A DNA stretch of 64,000 bases from Malacoraja senta. Its lineage: Eukaryota. Under the pieces are notes generated by a model. It did no database searches and was not told where the DNA came from. It saw only the letters and a program-made list of their open reading frames with translations. Position numbers and translations under genes: made by a program. Shown piece after piece: positions 1 through 11,882 of this stretch. Within the stretch, counting starts at the first letter, position 1, and every line of letters begins with the position of its first letter. The stretch covers positions 9,488,001-9,552,000 of the forward strand of contig CM075994.1 in the NCBI GenBank assembly GCA_038087875.1, given 5' to 3'.

Positions 1-60
1 AGTGGAGGGCTGAACAATAACAGCCTATTGTATTTTATCTGTTTATTTATTGTGTATATA

Positions 61-1645
61 CAGTGGCTTGCAAAAGTATTCATACCCCTTGAACTTTTCC
101 ACATTTTGTCACGTTACAACCACAAACGTAAATGTATTTTATTGGGATTTTATGTGATAGACCAACACAAAGTGGCGCATAATTGTGAAGTGGAAGGAAA
201 ATGATACATGGTTTTCAAATTTTTTTACAAATAAAAAACTGAAAAGTGTGGCGTGCAAAAGTAGCAGCCCCCTTTACTCTGATACCCCTAAATAAAATCC
301 AGTGCGACCAATTGCCTTCAGAAGTCACCTAATTAGTAAATAGAGTCCACTTGTGTGTAATCTAATCTCAGTATAAATACAGCTGTTCTGTGAAGGCCTC
401 AGAGGTTTGTTAGAGAACATTAGTGAACAAACTGCATCATGAAGCCCAAGGAACACACCAGACAGGTCAGGGATAAAGTTGTGGAGAAGTTTAAAGCAGG
501 GTTAGGTTATAAACAAATATCCCAAGCTTTGAACATCTCACGGAGCATTGTTCAATCCATCATCCGAAAATGGAAAGAGTATGGCACAACTGCAAACCTA
601 CCAAGACATGGCCGTCCACCTAAACTGACAGGCCGGGCAAGGAGAGCATTGATCAGAGAAGCAGCCAAGAGGCCCATGGTAACTCTGGAGGAGCTGCAGA
701 GATCCACAGCTCAGGTGGGAGAATCTGTCCACAGGACAACTATTAGTCGTGCACTCCACAAATCGGGCCTTTATGGAAGAGTGGCAAGAAGAAAGCCATT
801 GTTGACAAAAAGCCATAAGAAGTCCCGTTTGCAGTTTGCCACAAGCCATGTGGGGGGGACAGCAAACATGTGGAGGAAGGTGCTCTGGTCAGATGAGACC
901 AAAATTGAAGTTTTTGGCCTAAATGCAAAACGCTATGTGTGGCGGAAAACTAACACTGGACATCACCCTGAACACACCATCCCCACTGTGAAACATGGTG
1001 GTGGCAGCATCATGCTGTGGGGATGCTTTTCTTCAGCAGGGACAGGGAAGCTGGTCAGAGTTGATGGGAAGATGGATGGAGCCAAATACAGGGCAATCTT
1101 GGAAGAAATCCTGTTAGAGTCTGCAAAAGACTTGAGACTGGGGCGGAGGTTCACCCTCCAGCAGGACAACGACCCTAAACATACAGCCAGAGCTACAATG
1201 GAATGGCCCAATCAAAGTCCAGACCTAAATCCAATTGAGAATCTCTGGCAAGACTTGAAAATTGCTGTTCACAGACGCTCTCCATCCAATCTGACTGAGC
1301 TTGAGCTATTTTGCAAAGAAGAATGGGCAAAAATTTCAGTCTCTAGATGTGCAAAGCTGGTAGAGACATACCCCAAAAGACTTGCAGCTGTAATTGCAGC
1401 GAAAGGTGGTTCTACAAAGTATTGACTCAGGTGGGGCTGAATACTTTTGCACGCGACACTTTTCAGTTTTTTTATTTGTAAAAAAATTTCAAAACCATGT
1501 ATCATTTTCCTTCCACTTCACAATTATGCACCACTTTGTGTTGGTCTATCACATAAAATCCCAATAAAATACATTTACATTTGTGGTTGTAACGTGACAA
1601 AATGTTGAAAAGTTCAAGGGGTATGAATACTTTTGCAAGCCACTG
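61..1645 (+). mobile_element. Tc1/mariner DNA transposon with long (IR/DR-type) terminal inverted repeats
   Basis: About 210-bp TIRs (61-~272 and ~1433-1645) starting CAGTGGCTTGCAAAAGTATTC. TA on both flanks (59-60, 1646-1647). Internal repeat GCAAAAGTA..CCCC at the inner and outer ends of each TIR. Encloses the transposase ORF. Confidence 0.97.
439..1425 (+). CDS. Tc1-family transposase, 328 aa; open frame but with an in-frame ~11-aa deletion in the catalytic domain
   Basis: Paired-like HTH N-terminus, GRPPKL linker, WSDETK, KHGGGSIMLWGCF, QQDNDPKH and SPDLNPIENLW motifs. Only 23 residues between the second D and the E, versus the canonical 34. Confidence 0.93.
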   Translation: MKPKEHTRQVRDKVVEKFKAGLGYKQISQALNISRSIVQSIIRKWKEYGTTANLPRHGRPPKLTGRARRALIREAAKRPMVTLEELQRSTAQVGESVHRTTISRALHKSGLYGRVARRKPLLTKSHKKSRLQFATSHVGGTANMWRKVLWSDETKIEVFGLNAKRYVWRKTNTGHHPEHTIPTVKHGGGSIMLWGCFSSAGTGKLVRVDGKMDGAKYRAILEEILLESAKDLRLGRRFTLQQDNDPKHTARATMEWPNQSPDLNPIENLWQDLKIAVHRRSPSNLTELELFCKEEWAKISVSRCAKLVETYPKRLAAVIAAKGGSTKY

Positions 1646-1699
1646 TATATATGGTCAATGGCGGAGAGCTGGGAATGGGAGGGGAAGGAGGGAGAAAGC

Positions 1700-1956
1700 A
1701 AGGACTATCTGAAATTAGAGAAGCCAATGTTCATACCGCTGGGGTGTAAACTACCCAAGCAAATATGAGGTGCTGCTCCTCCAATATGCGGTGGGCCTCA
1801 CTCTGGCCATGGAGGAGGCCCAGGACAGCAAGGTCGGATTCGGAATGGGAGGGGGAGTTGTAGTGTTGCGCCACCAAGAGATCAGGTTGGTTATTGCGAA
1901 CTGAGTGGAGGTGTTGTGCGAAGCGATCGCCAAGCCTGCGCTTGGTCTCACCGAGG
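1700..1956 (-). mobile_element. Penelope-like element fragment (GIY-YIG endonuclease C-terminus)
   Basis: Minus-strand translation LGETKRRLGDRFAQHLHSVRNNQPDLLVAQHYNSPSH...EEQHLIF. Confidence 0.85.
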
Positions 1957-2318
1957 TTGATCATACGCTGAATAATCCAACCACATTTTTGTTTGGAAGT
2001 GGAAAGAAATAATAGAAATTCCATTCATCGCAACGTGTAAAAAGAGTTGAGATACTGTATTATAATTTTGCTGCGTCATTGTGGTATATATCATGTCTTG
2101 ATTGGTGAATATGTTTAGTTTGTGACTTTATTTGAAGCAGAAATAATATGTGAATTGAGCATAATTCCGACTGGTAACTATGCACATCGTCCGAGCACAT
2201 TATCGCACACGTCATGCAAGCCGTCTTAAATGACCACCTAAACTGTCATTTGGCAACTTAAAAAGCTGCCAAGGTTGCCCGGCTGACAACAGAGAAAAAA
2301 AATTAAGTGAGAGCCATG

Positions 2319-2688
2319 CAAGGTGTATAATATTTTTGACACTGTCATAGGCCTTTCTTACATATGCTATCACAATGCACTGTAGTCTCTAAACAGCTCT
2401 TCAGTAATTTTCCTTGCCATCCATTTCAGAATAATAGTGCTTTAAGCCGATAACTTGACACTAGCACTGGCAATAAATAAATAAATAAATAGATAGATAG
2501 ATAAATAAATAAATAAATAAATAGATAAGTAAGGGCAGCTTTCCAGCCCCTTATCTCATTGGCCACGCTCGGCTGCAAATCGGTGTCAATCTAGTGGACC
2601 ATCTTCCTCCAGTCGTGGGGGTGGGGGATTGGGAGGGGCCTCACAAATGGAACAGCCTAGGGCCTCTCTTCATCTAAATCCGGCCCTG
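2319..2688. mobile_element. Right end of a non-autonomous hAT-like DNA transposon inserted in intron 1 of Ly6 copy A
   Basis: Ends ...CTAAATCCGGCCCTG (reverse complement CAGGGCCGGATTTAG, hAT-like terminus). It is followed by CATTTAGC, where homology to the uninterrupted intron of copy B (17254) resumes. A related fragment lies at ~9310-9403. The left end is outside the window. Confidence 0.55.
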
Positions 2689-3605
2689 CATTTAGCTTGT
2701 GTGTTCGTTCACATGTAGAGAGTTTGTTACTGAATATGGAGTTAGTTATTGTCAAGTCAAGAGTGTTTTATTGTTATATGTCCCAGATAGAAGGAACGGT
2801 GACGTTTCAAGTCGAGACATTTCTTCCTTCTCTCCAGAGATGCTGCCTGTCCCGCTGAGTTACTCCAGCATTTTATGACTATCTCCGGTGTAAACCAGCA
2901 TCTGCAGTTCCTTGCCACACACTCGCACACACACACGTACACACACATGTACACATATAAAACAAACAATAATTGTGCAAAAAGGCAAAATTATACGTGT
3001 ATATGTAGTTTAGATTCTATTTTGGCAGTGTGTAGGATAGTGCTAGTGTACGGGGTGATCACTGGTCGGCGCGGACTCGGTGGGCCGAATGGCCTGTTTA
3101 CATGCTGTAAACATCAGAGGACTCTACAGGCAGAAACTGCAGATGTTGGTTTATACCGAAAATTGACACAAACTGCTGGAGAAACTCAGCGGGTGAGGCA
3201 GCATGTATGGAGCGAAGGAATAGGTGACGTTTCGGGTCGAGACCCTTCTTCAGACCGAGGGTCAGGGGAAAGGGAAACGAGAGAGATAGACGTTGATATC
3301 GAGAGATATTCAACAAATGAATGAAAGGTATGCAAGAAGGAAATGATGATAAAGGAAACAGGCCATGAGAGTCGAGAAGATGACTTTTAAACCAGTACAA
3401 CCAGTTGGGATTTGGGAGGGTCGCGACCAAAACATCACCTGTACCTCTTCTCCAGAGCGGCTGCCTGACCCGCTGAGTTACTCCAGCATTTTGTGTCGAT
3501 ATTGTTCTAAGTTTAATGACAGGAGTTGCTCGTTTTCAGAGCAGCAGCAGAACGAGCTGCAGGTGTCTCTCACACAACCTCCTCTGTTTTGTTCTCAATG
3601 TACAG

Positions 3606-4557
3606 GTAACTGTTTGAAGTGTTACTCCTGCTTAGGATCAGCGGAAAGATGCATGGGTGAAACTGTTGACTGCACTGCGGGGGAGCAATGCTACCTTATG
3701 GTTGTGATGACTGGTAAGTACGAATTAATTTGAGATGCACACCTCTAGTTTAGAGGTACAGCTTGTTCCATACACCAACCACCCTTTGTGTGAAAAGGTT
3801 ACCCCTCAGATTCCTATTAAATAGTTTCCCCTTCATCTTAAACCTATGTCCTCTCGTCCTCGATTCCCCTTCTCTGGGCAAGAGACTCGAGCGATTCCTC
3901 TCATGATTTTATACACCTCTATAGGATCACCCCTCATCCTCCTGCGCTCCAAGGAATAGAGACCCAGCCTACTCAACCTCTCCCTATAGCTCACACCCTC
4001 TAGTCCTGGCAACATCCTCGTAAAGATGTTAAGACTGTACGATTCTGTGAATAAATAGCTGATTTACTCATAGAAATGTGAAAACGCAGTGGCATTCACA
4101 CAAAGAGTGGTGGGTGTATGGAACAAGCCAGAGGAGGTAGTTGAGGCAGGGACTATCGCAACGTTTAAGAAACAGTCAGACAGGTACATGGATCGGACAG
4201 GTTTGGGGGATATGGACCAAGCGCAGGCAGGTGGGACTAGTGTAGTTAGGACATGTTGGCCGGTATGGGCAAGTTGGGCTGAAGGGCCTGTATCCATGCT
4301 GTATCACTCTAAAATGATACATGAACTATGAATATAGAAATTATTTATCTGACCATTCTGTTTTTCCAGGTGATGTAAAGGCTTACAGCGCTGGATGTTT
4401 CCCCCCTGCTGCATGTAATGTCAGGCAAAATATCGGAGGAGCCTCAGTCTCTGTCAACTGCTGCACTACTGACCTCTGCAACACGAGTGACCAAGTTAAA
4501 TTATCCCTTCTGCTGTTCCCTGCTCTGGTCTCAGTCTGGTTTGCAATATTTATGTGA
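3606..4557 (+). CDS. Ly6/uPAR three-finger GPI-type protein, copy A (last two coding exons 3606-3713 and 4370-4557; signal-peptide exon upstream of window or lost)
   Basis: Canonical AG/GT phase-1 junctions. Spliced product GNCLKCYSCLGSAERCMGETVDCTAGEQCYLMVVMTGDVKAYSAGCFPPAACNVRQNIGGASVSVNCCTTDLCNTSDQVKLSLLLFPALVSVWFAIFM has a 10-Cys LU domain starting LxC, ends in CCxxDLCN, and has a hydrophobic tail. AATAAA at 4816. Confidence 0.9.
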
Positions 4558-5003
4558 AGCAAGTGCATAATAATAATGCACAGTGCAATCTTCTGGGTGC
4601 TTTTTGTCTAACGATCAGGGATAATGAGTCTTAACACTTGATTTCCAAGAGATGAGCAACTTAATCTAACAGATGTGCAAATCCTTTTCATTTCAAAATC
4701 AGTAACCCTCATCCACAATGCTCGATATTTGCAATTATTTAATAATATGGATAATAATAATAATCATATAACTTGGAGCTTGTACCATTATTCTGTTCAT
4801 CTGTTGCCGCATCTCAATAAAGTACTGAATTTCAAAAAAAGATGTGAGCGTAATTCTATCTTTCATAAATTCCAGGAGCAAGATTAAGCCATTCGGCCCA
4901 TCAAGTCTACTCCGCCCTTCAATCATGGCCGTTCTATCTTTCCCTCTCAACCCCATTCTCCCCATAACCGCTGACACTTGTACTAATCAAGAGACTGTCA
5001 AAG

Positions 5004-6888
5004 TGAAATTATGTCAATAAAACCGAAAGATTCAACACATCTTTTAAAATTCCCTTTTAAAATAGCTACAGAAAAATTTAAATATTTGGGAATCGAAATT
5101 ACCAGAACATATCAAGGTATGTTCAGGGCAAATTTTGACCCCCTACTTAATAAATTAAATACACTAATTAAATTCTGGAAAACGCTCCCGATGTCTTTAA
5201 TAGGCCGAATAAACGCAATAAAAATGATCTTTTTACCACAAATTTTATACCTATTTCAATCAATTCCTATATACTTACCTAAGAAGTTTTTTAAAAAACT
5301 CGACTCAGATATCACTAATTTTATATGGGACTATAAATCACATAGAATACAAAAAACTCATCTGAATAAACCTAAAGTATTGGGGGGTTTAGCACTACCT
5401 AATTTTATGTATTATTATTGGTCAGTAAATATTAAAAACATGATTCAACTGATGGATAACTCCGCCCAGCAAGTAGACTGGATTGTAATGGAGAAAGAGG
5501 ATTGCTCCTCTAGAAACATTGGAGCGATCCTCCTCTCTCCAATGAAACTGAATAACATAAATTATAATAAGAACCCAATTATTCATAGTACAATCCGTAT
5601 TTGGAAACAAATAAAACAAAATTTAAAATTAAGAAATTTATCACTTTTATTACCTATAGTCAATAACCCTTCGTTTAGTCCTTCTATTATAGATAAAGCT
5701 TATACACAATGGGATAGACTAGGAATTAAAACGCTTGGTGACTTGTATGAAACTGGAAAATTACTTTCATTTCAACAATTACAAATAAAATATAAACTCG
5801 GAAATAATCAATATTTTAAATATTTTCAAATATGCGACTATTTGAAAAAATATACAAAAGATCATTATAATAACCCAGTAGATGTATTGGACGAGGCAAT
5901 GCAGATAAAAGCGGAATCAGCAAACTTAATATCATATTTGTATAATATTATTTTAAATGTACAAATACCACCTACGGAGGGTATCAGAAGAGACTGGGAA
6001 CAAGAGTTAGCTATTAAAATTTCAAAGGAAAGTTGGAATGAATACTTATTAAACGTGCATAAATGCTCGATTAATGTAAGACACACTTTAATACAATTTA
6101 AAATTTTACATAGATTATATTATTCGAAAACTAAAATTCATAAAATTTTCCCAAACGTATCATCTATTTGTGATAAATGTCAATCCCAAGAAGCTACTAT
6201 AGCGCACTCATTCGTCTTCTGTACAAAAATTCAAAAATTTTGGAATGAAATTTTTGAAATCTTTACAAAGTTATTTAAAACAAGACTGATACCCAAAGCA
6301 GAATGGATTATCTTCGGAATAACGGAAGATGATCCAGAACTAAATGTGTTTCAAAAGAAATTAATGGACTATGGGTTAATAACTGGAAAAAAGCTAATTC
6401 TAAAATTTTGGAAGAAGGCTCCAATACCAACTATAAATATGTGGATTTCAAATATGTTTGAAACATTACACCTAGAAGAGATAAGACTCCTCCTAGCAGG
6501 TAAACCAGATCACTTCCACCTGACGTGGTCTGCATTTATAGAATTATTACAAACATAGGGTGCAAAAGTACTTTAAAAAAAATAAAAAATTGAGGTCAGG
6601 TAAGGGGGGATGATTTCCTAGGGCCTATTTCTTAACTCTTTTTCTTTTGTTTTTAATTTCGCTCTTATAGGGTCTTCGTCCTTTTTTGTTGTTACATTTT
6701 CTACACTTTTCTACACTTTCACTTTTTCCTTCACTTTCTTCTTTCTTTCAATCTTTTCCTTTTCTAGTGTAAAAAAATAAATAAAGGGAGTACATTAATT
6801 GTAAGAAGATACAAATGACGAGTATTAATGTATGTGGTTGTAATGTAATGTACTTCTAATAAATAAAAATTAAAAAAAAAAAAAAAAA
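5004..6888 (+). mobile_element. 5'-truncated L1/Tx1-clade LINE (ORF2 C-terminal part, 3' UTR, poly-A)
   Basis: Uninterrupted 515-aa ORF 5011-6558 with FKYLGI, SLIGRINAIKM, GGLALPNF..YYW and the zinc knuckle CDKC...H....C. AT-rich. AATAAA at 6858 and A17 at 6872-6888. Confidence 0.92.
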
Positions 6889-7154
6889 GGTCATAAGGAG
6901 CAGAATAAGGCCATTAGGCCCATCAAGTCTGCTCCGCCATTCAATATTGGCTGATCTATCTCTCCCTCCTATCCCCATTCTCCTGCCTTCTCCCCATAAC
7001 CTCTGACACCCGTACTTATCAAGAATCTGTCTGCCTTAAAAATATCAATTGACTTGGCCTCCACGGCCTTCTGTGGCATTGAATTCCACAGATTCACCAC
7101 CCTGTGAATAAAGATATTCCTCCTCATCTCTTTCCTAAAGGAACGTCCTTTAAT

Positions 7155-7702
7155 AAGCAAACTCGGTATTACAACTGCCCAGGTCATGGGTCATTTGGGA
7201 TAAACATTCTCGCCAGCTGAGCAACTGTGTGTGTATGGACCTATAAATGAGTTCGGTATCTCGATAAACGCAAGGAATCATGGGATTTGTCAAAGGTCAT
7301 TCGGGATAAACAAGCGGACTCAGCGCTGTATAAACTGTATAAATCGTTAACTATTCCACCAAGGAAGTAATCTAGAATTCTGCCAACTTAACAGCTTCCT
7401 GTCTTGTTCTGCTGTTCACACACGTGACTCACACAGTCCCAGTTCTAGTTCAGTTCATTATTCTGCAATTATTCAAAAAGTTAAAGAATTTATTATTTTC
7501 ATTTAATCCTTAATGTGTTTGCTACTGGAATGAGAAAATATTACTTGTGTTTTGAAACATTTTCTTATCCTTATTCATAATTCATGTGTAAAAATATATT
7601 GAATCTGAGGCAGGCAGCGACTGTATCAGTGTGATGTGGGCTGATGCTTCACCTACAGGTGGCGTGAATGTACCGTTAAGGCAAAGATTCATCTCCGAGG
7701 AA
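7155..7702. repeat. Non-coding block duplicated downstream of Ly6 copies A and C (partner 60885-61428; partial inverted copy ~16010-16105)
   Basis: Direct comparison shows near-identical sequence in both places. No ORF or TE motif recognised. Confidence 0.85.
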
Positions 7703-7959
7703 TAACTGAGTTGGCCCTGTGAAGGACCCGCCAATCTGATATAAGACATTTAACTGTGAAATGCCTGCCCTTTAGTATTGGATAGATTGAGTGGAGGGTC
7801 TGTGTTGTTCCAAGTTTGCGGTGGTTGTGGTGTGTTTCCCCCAGCCATCTCGCCCAGTGCATGTTGACCAGCACAGTTCACCAGCCCTTGTTAGCACAGA
7901 CTCTTGGTGCAGGTTCTTGGTTTCTTGGTCCTCCAAAATATTCCAAATGGAATTTAAAC

Positions 7960-8580
7960 TGGAGGTGGTGGAGGGAGGACTTAAGCCAGAAAGGGTTTTT
8001 GGGGAGAAAGAGCTACCTTAAATTTAGTTGCATCTGGTTGGGTAACTATGGTAGGGTGAAGATTATTCCATGCTTTAATTGTGCGGGGGAAGAATGAATT
8101 GCTGTACACATCTGTCTTGGTAGCTGGAATCTCAAATTGGATCGAATGTCCTCGTCTGCTCCTAATTGGTTTGGGTTTGGTGTAGGTCTTGTAATCTATG
8201 TTGAGCTGACCATTTAACATTTTTTAAAAACAGGTCAAACGGTGAGCTTCACGTCTGTCTTGGAGAGGGTTCCACCCCAGAGAATTCAGAAGTTTGGTAA
8301 CACTCGCTTCTCTCTCATAGGTGTTAGTAACAAATCGAGCTGCCTGTCTTTGGACACGTTCGATGGAAGAAATGTTTTTATTTGTGTATGGGTCCCATGC
8401 TGCAACTGCGTAGTCCAAATGAGGTCTAACGAGGGTGAAGTATAGCTTCTCCTTGACAGAAGTTGAACAATGATGAAAGTTGCGCCTCAGAAAATTTAGG
8501 ACACCTGTTGCTTTCACCGTTGCATGATGAGTCTGACCATTCCAACGCAGATCATTCTGCAATTTGATGCCAAGGTGTTA
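7960..8580 (-). mobile_element. Degenerate CR1/L2-group LINE 3' fragment (family different from the main CR1s here)
   Basis: Minus-strand frames: KLYFTLVRPHLDYAVAAWDPY...IERVQRQAARFV...LGWNPLQDRR, then NSFFPRTIKAWNNL. Confidence 0.8.
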
Positions 8581-10304
8581 CCCGAAGCACAAAGGTTTTG
8601 TGGAGGTTCTGCGTTAGGATCGGGCACGCAGCGAGCTAGCGAGAGGGCTGTCAGATCAGATCAGCCCAGCTTGCCGAGTGGCCGAAGGGCGGATTTTAAT
8701 GTGTCATTATTAAATTGTTCCGTCTGTGCGGCATCGCCAGCTCTCTCTCTCTCACCCAGATCCACCACCCCAACTGTCAACAAAGTCTGATTGAGAAAAT
8801 GCTCCCACTCATATCACGGGTTGGCTCCGCGTTAGCCCACTCGCTGGGGCGGGCGGCGCCTCCTTCAAAGAGAGCGAGAACAGGTCCCGTCTGCTGGGGA
8901 GCTGCGACCCACTCCCGACTGAAGCCTCTAGTTTGGCTGCGGTTCAAATGGCTGCAAATTCTCATCATTCTCACCGCCCGGTCACCCGGACCCGGCTCCC
9001 AACTGTGTGCCCTGACAGACTGGAACCAACCCCAGAGGTTAAAGCGACAGCATCTTTATTTAAGCCAACCCACTTCGAAAGTTTAACCAATCTGTTGGAA
9101 TCCAATCTGAACTTTCCAACCCAACCCCCCCACACAGCACATTCTCCTCGTTTCCTTCAATCCAGGAAGGTTGTTTACATAGACAATAGACAATGGGTGC
9201 AGGAGTAGGCCATTCGGCCCTTCGAGCCAGCACCGCCATTCAATGTGATCATGGCTGATCAGCCCCTTCAGTACCCCGTTCCTGCTGTCTCCCCATATCC
9301 CCAGACTCTCAGATTTGCATATAGGCTTCATAGGCTGAACCCTAGGGCCTCGAGATCTAGGGGACCTCGGCCTCTAGGCCAAGGTGTATAATATTTTTGA
9401 CATAGTGGCTGTTACAAAACCTACCATCAGTGGCGCTTTGTACCTATCCATGTTTTCCAGAGATGCTGCCTGACCCACTGAATTACTCCAGCTTTTTTGT
9501 GCCCACCTTAGGACAGGACCTTACCCAGATGGGGAACATTGACTGATCTGTGTTCCTTTAACTCCAGAGATGATCATTTTGGAAAAAAAAACGCTTGTTG
9601 CTCCAATCAATGGTTGCAGGGGATTACCTGTGCAATTTTAAAATCCCGCTTGCCTCACTTCACATACCTTCCCCAGTAATTGAACAGTTTTGCAATCATT
9701 TTTGATTGTTTATTTGAAAGATACGTCAAGGAATCAGGCCATTGCGCCTACCAATTTCCATGCTGACCAGCGATCACCCGTTCACAAGGATTCGACAGCA
9801 AGTCTAATCGGTAGTAAGGAAGGCAAACGCAATGCTAGCGTTTATTTCCAAGAGGGCTAGAATACAAAAACAGGGGTGTAATGCTGAGGCTCCAATGCTG
9901 GTGAGGCCGCATCTGGAGTATTGTGCGCAATTTTGGGCACCATATCTGAGGAAGGCAGGGACAGATAGATTCTTGATTAGTATGGGTGTCAATACACAAT
10001 AGGCAATAGGTGCAGGACTAGGCCATTCAGCCCTTCGAGCCAGCACCGCCATTCAATGTGATCATAGAAACATAGAAAATAGGTGCAGGAGTAGGCCATT
10101 CGGCCCTTCGAGCCTGCACCGCCATTCAATATGATCATGGCTGATCATCCAACTCAGTATCCTGTACCTGCCTTCTCTCCATACCCCCTGATCCCTTTAG
10201 CCACAAGGGCCACATCTAACTCCCTCTTAAATATAGCCAATGAACTGGCCTCAACTACCTTCTGTGGCAGAGAGTTCCACAGATTCACCACTCTCTGTGT
10301 GAAA

Positions 10305-10505
10305 GGAACAATTTACAGAGGGCCAATTAACCTACAAACACCCACATCTTTAGGATTGTGGGAGGAAACCGGAGCGCCTGGAGGAAACCCACGCGGTCAC
10401 AGGGAGAACGTGCAAACTCCACACAGACAACACCTGAGGTCAGGATCGAACCCAGGTCTCTGGTGCTGTGAGGCAGCAACTCTACCCGCTGCACCACCAT
10501 GCCAG
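10305..10505 (-). mobile_element. tRNA-derived SINE (HE1/V-SINE-like)
   Basis: Reverse complement starts GGCATGGTGGTGCAGCGGGTAGAGTTGCTGCCTCACAGCACCAGAGACCTGGGTTCGATCC (A/B boxes), followed by the V-domain-like GTGGAGTTTGCACGTTCTCCC. Other copies at 12490-13075 (+, interrupted by CR1) and 21440-21655 (-). Confidence 0.8.
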
Positions 10506-11304
10506 ATGATCGTGGCTGATCATCCCCAATCAGTACCCCGTTCCTGCCTTCTCCACATATGCTCTCACTCCGCTATCTGTAAGAGCCCTATCTAGCTCTC
10601 TCTTGAAAGCATCCAGAGAACCGGCCTCCACCGCCCTCTGAGGCAGAGAATTCCACAGACTCACAACTCTCTGGGTGAAAAAGTGTTTCCTCGTCTCCGT
10701 TCTAAATGGCTTACCCCTTTTCTTAAACTGTGGCCCCTGGTCTGCACTCCCGCCAACATTGGGAACATGATTCCTGCCTCTAGCGTGTCCAAACCCTAAA
10801 TAATCTTATATGTTTCAATAAAATCACCTCTCATCCTTCTAAACTCCAGAGTGTACAAGCCCAGCCGCTCCATTCTCTCAGCATATGACAGTCCCGCCAT
10901 CCCTGAAATTAACCTGGTGAACCTACGCTGCACTCCCTCAACAGCAAGAATGTTCTACCTCAAATTAAGAGATCAAAACTGCACACAATAAGAGGTTATG
11001 GGGAGAAGGCAGGAGAATGGGGTTAGGAGGGAGAGATAGATCAGCCACGATTGAATGGCAGAGGAGACTGGATAGGCTGAATGGCCTAATTCTGCTCCTA
11101 TCACTTATCATCTGGATAGACACAAAATGCTGGAGTAATTCAGCGGGACAGGCAGCATCTCTGGAGAGAAGGAATGGGTCAAGACCCTTCTTCAGACTGA
11201 CGTCAGGGGAGGGGGCGGCACAGAGATAGAATGTAGTCGGAGACAGTCAGACTAGTGGGAGAACTGGGAAGGGGGAGGGGATGGAGAGAGAGAGGGAAAC
11301 AAGG

Positions 11305-11600
11305 GCTATGTGAAGTTAGAGAAGTTAATGTTCATACCGCTGGGGTGTGTAAGCTGCCCAAGTGAAATATGTGGTGCTGTTCCTCCAATTTGCACTGGGC
11401 CTCACTCTGACAATGGAGGAGGCCCAGGACAGAAAGGTCAGATTGGGAATGGGAGAGGGAGTTGAAGTGCTGAGCCACCGGGAGATCAGATAGGTTTAGG
11501 CGGAGTGAGTGGAGGTGTTGGGCGAAGCGATCGCCGAGCCTGCGCTTGCTCTCGCCGATGTACAGGAGTCCACACCTGGAACAGCGGATACAGTAGATGA
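11305..11600 (-). mobile_element. Penelope-like GIY-YIG fragment
   Basis: Homologous to 13149-13401 (YIGESKRRLGDRFAQHL..., EEQH.IF). Confidence 0.8.
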
Positions 11601-11650
11601 TAGATCCTATCTTCGATTTAAACCAGCATCTGCAGTTCCTTCCTACACAT

Positions 11651-11882
11651 GGGCCCTGATCGGACGGAACGTTTAACTTACGCGTATGCGTGTGAGAGAC
11701 CTGGCCTGGACAATTTGGTAGGCTACAGCCATTTTATGTAAGTTAGGCTGATGTATAATGTGCAAAGTTAACTGGTAAATGACTGTTGAATTAGTTCCTC
11801 TTGTAATTATTTTTCCGGCAGGTCTCTCACACGCCTGCTCGGAAAGTTAACCATTCAGGGCGGTTCAGCAAGATCAGGACCC
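11651..11882. mobile_element. Small MITE-like palindromic element
   Basis: Outer IR GGGCCCTGATC/GATCAGGACCC (1 mismatch). Perfect 16-bp inner IR GCGTGTGAGAGACCTG (11688-11703)/CAGGTCTCTCACACGC (11819-11834). No clear TSD. Confidence 0.4.
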
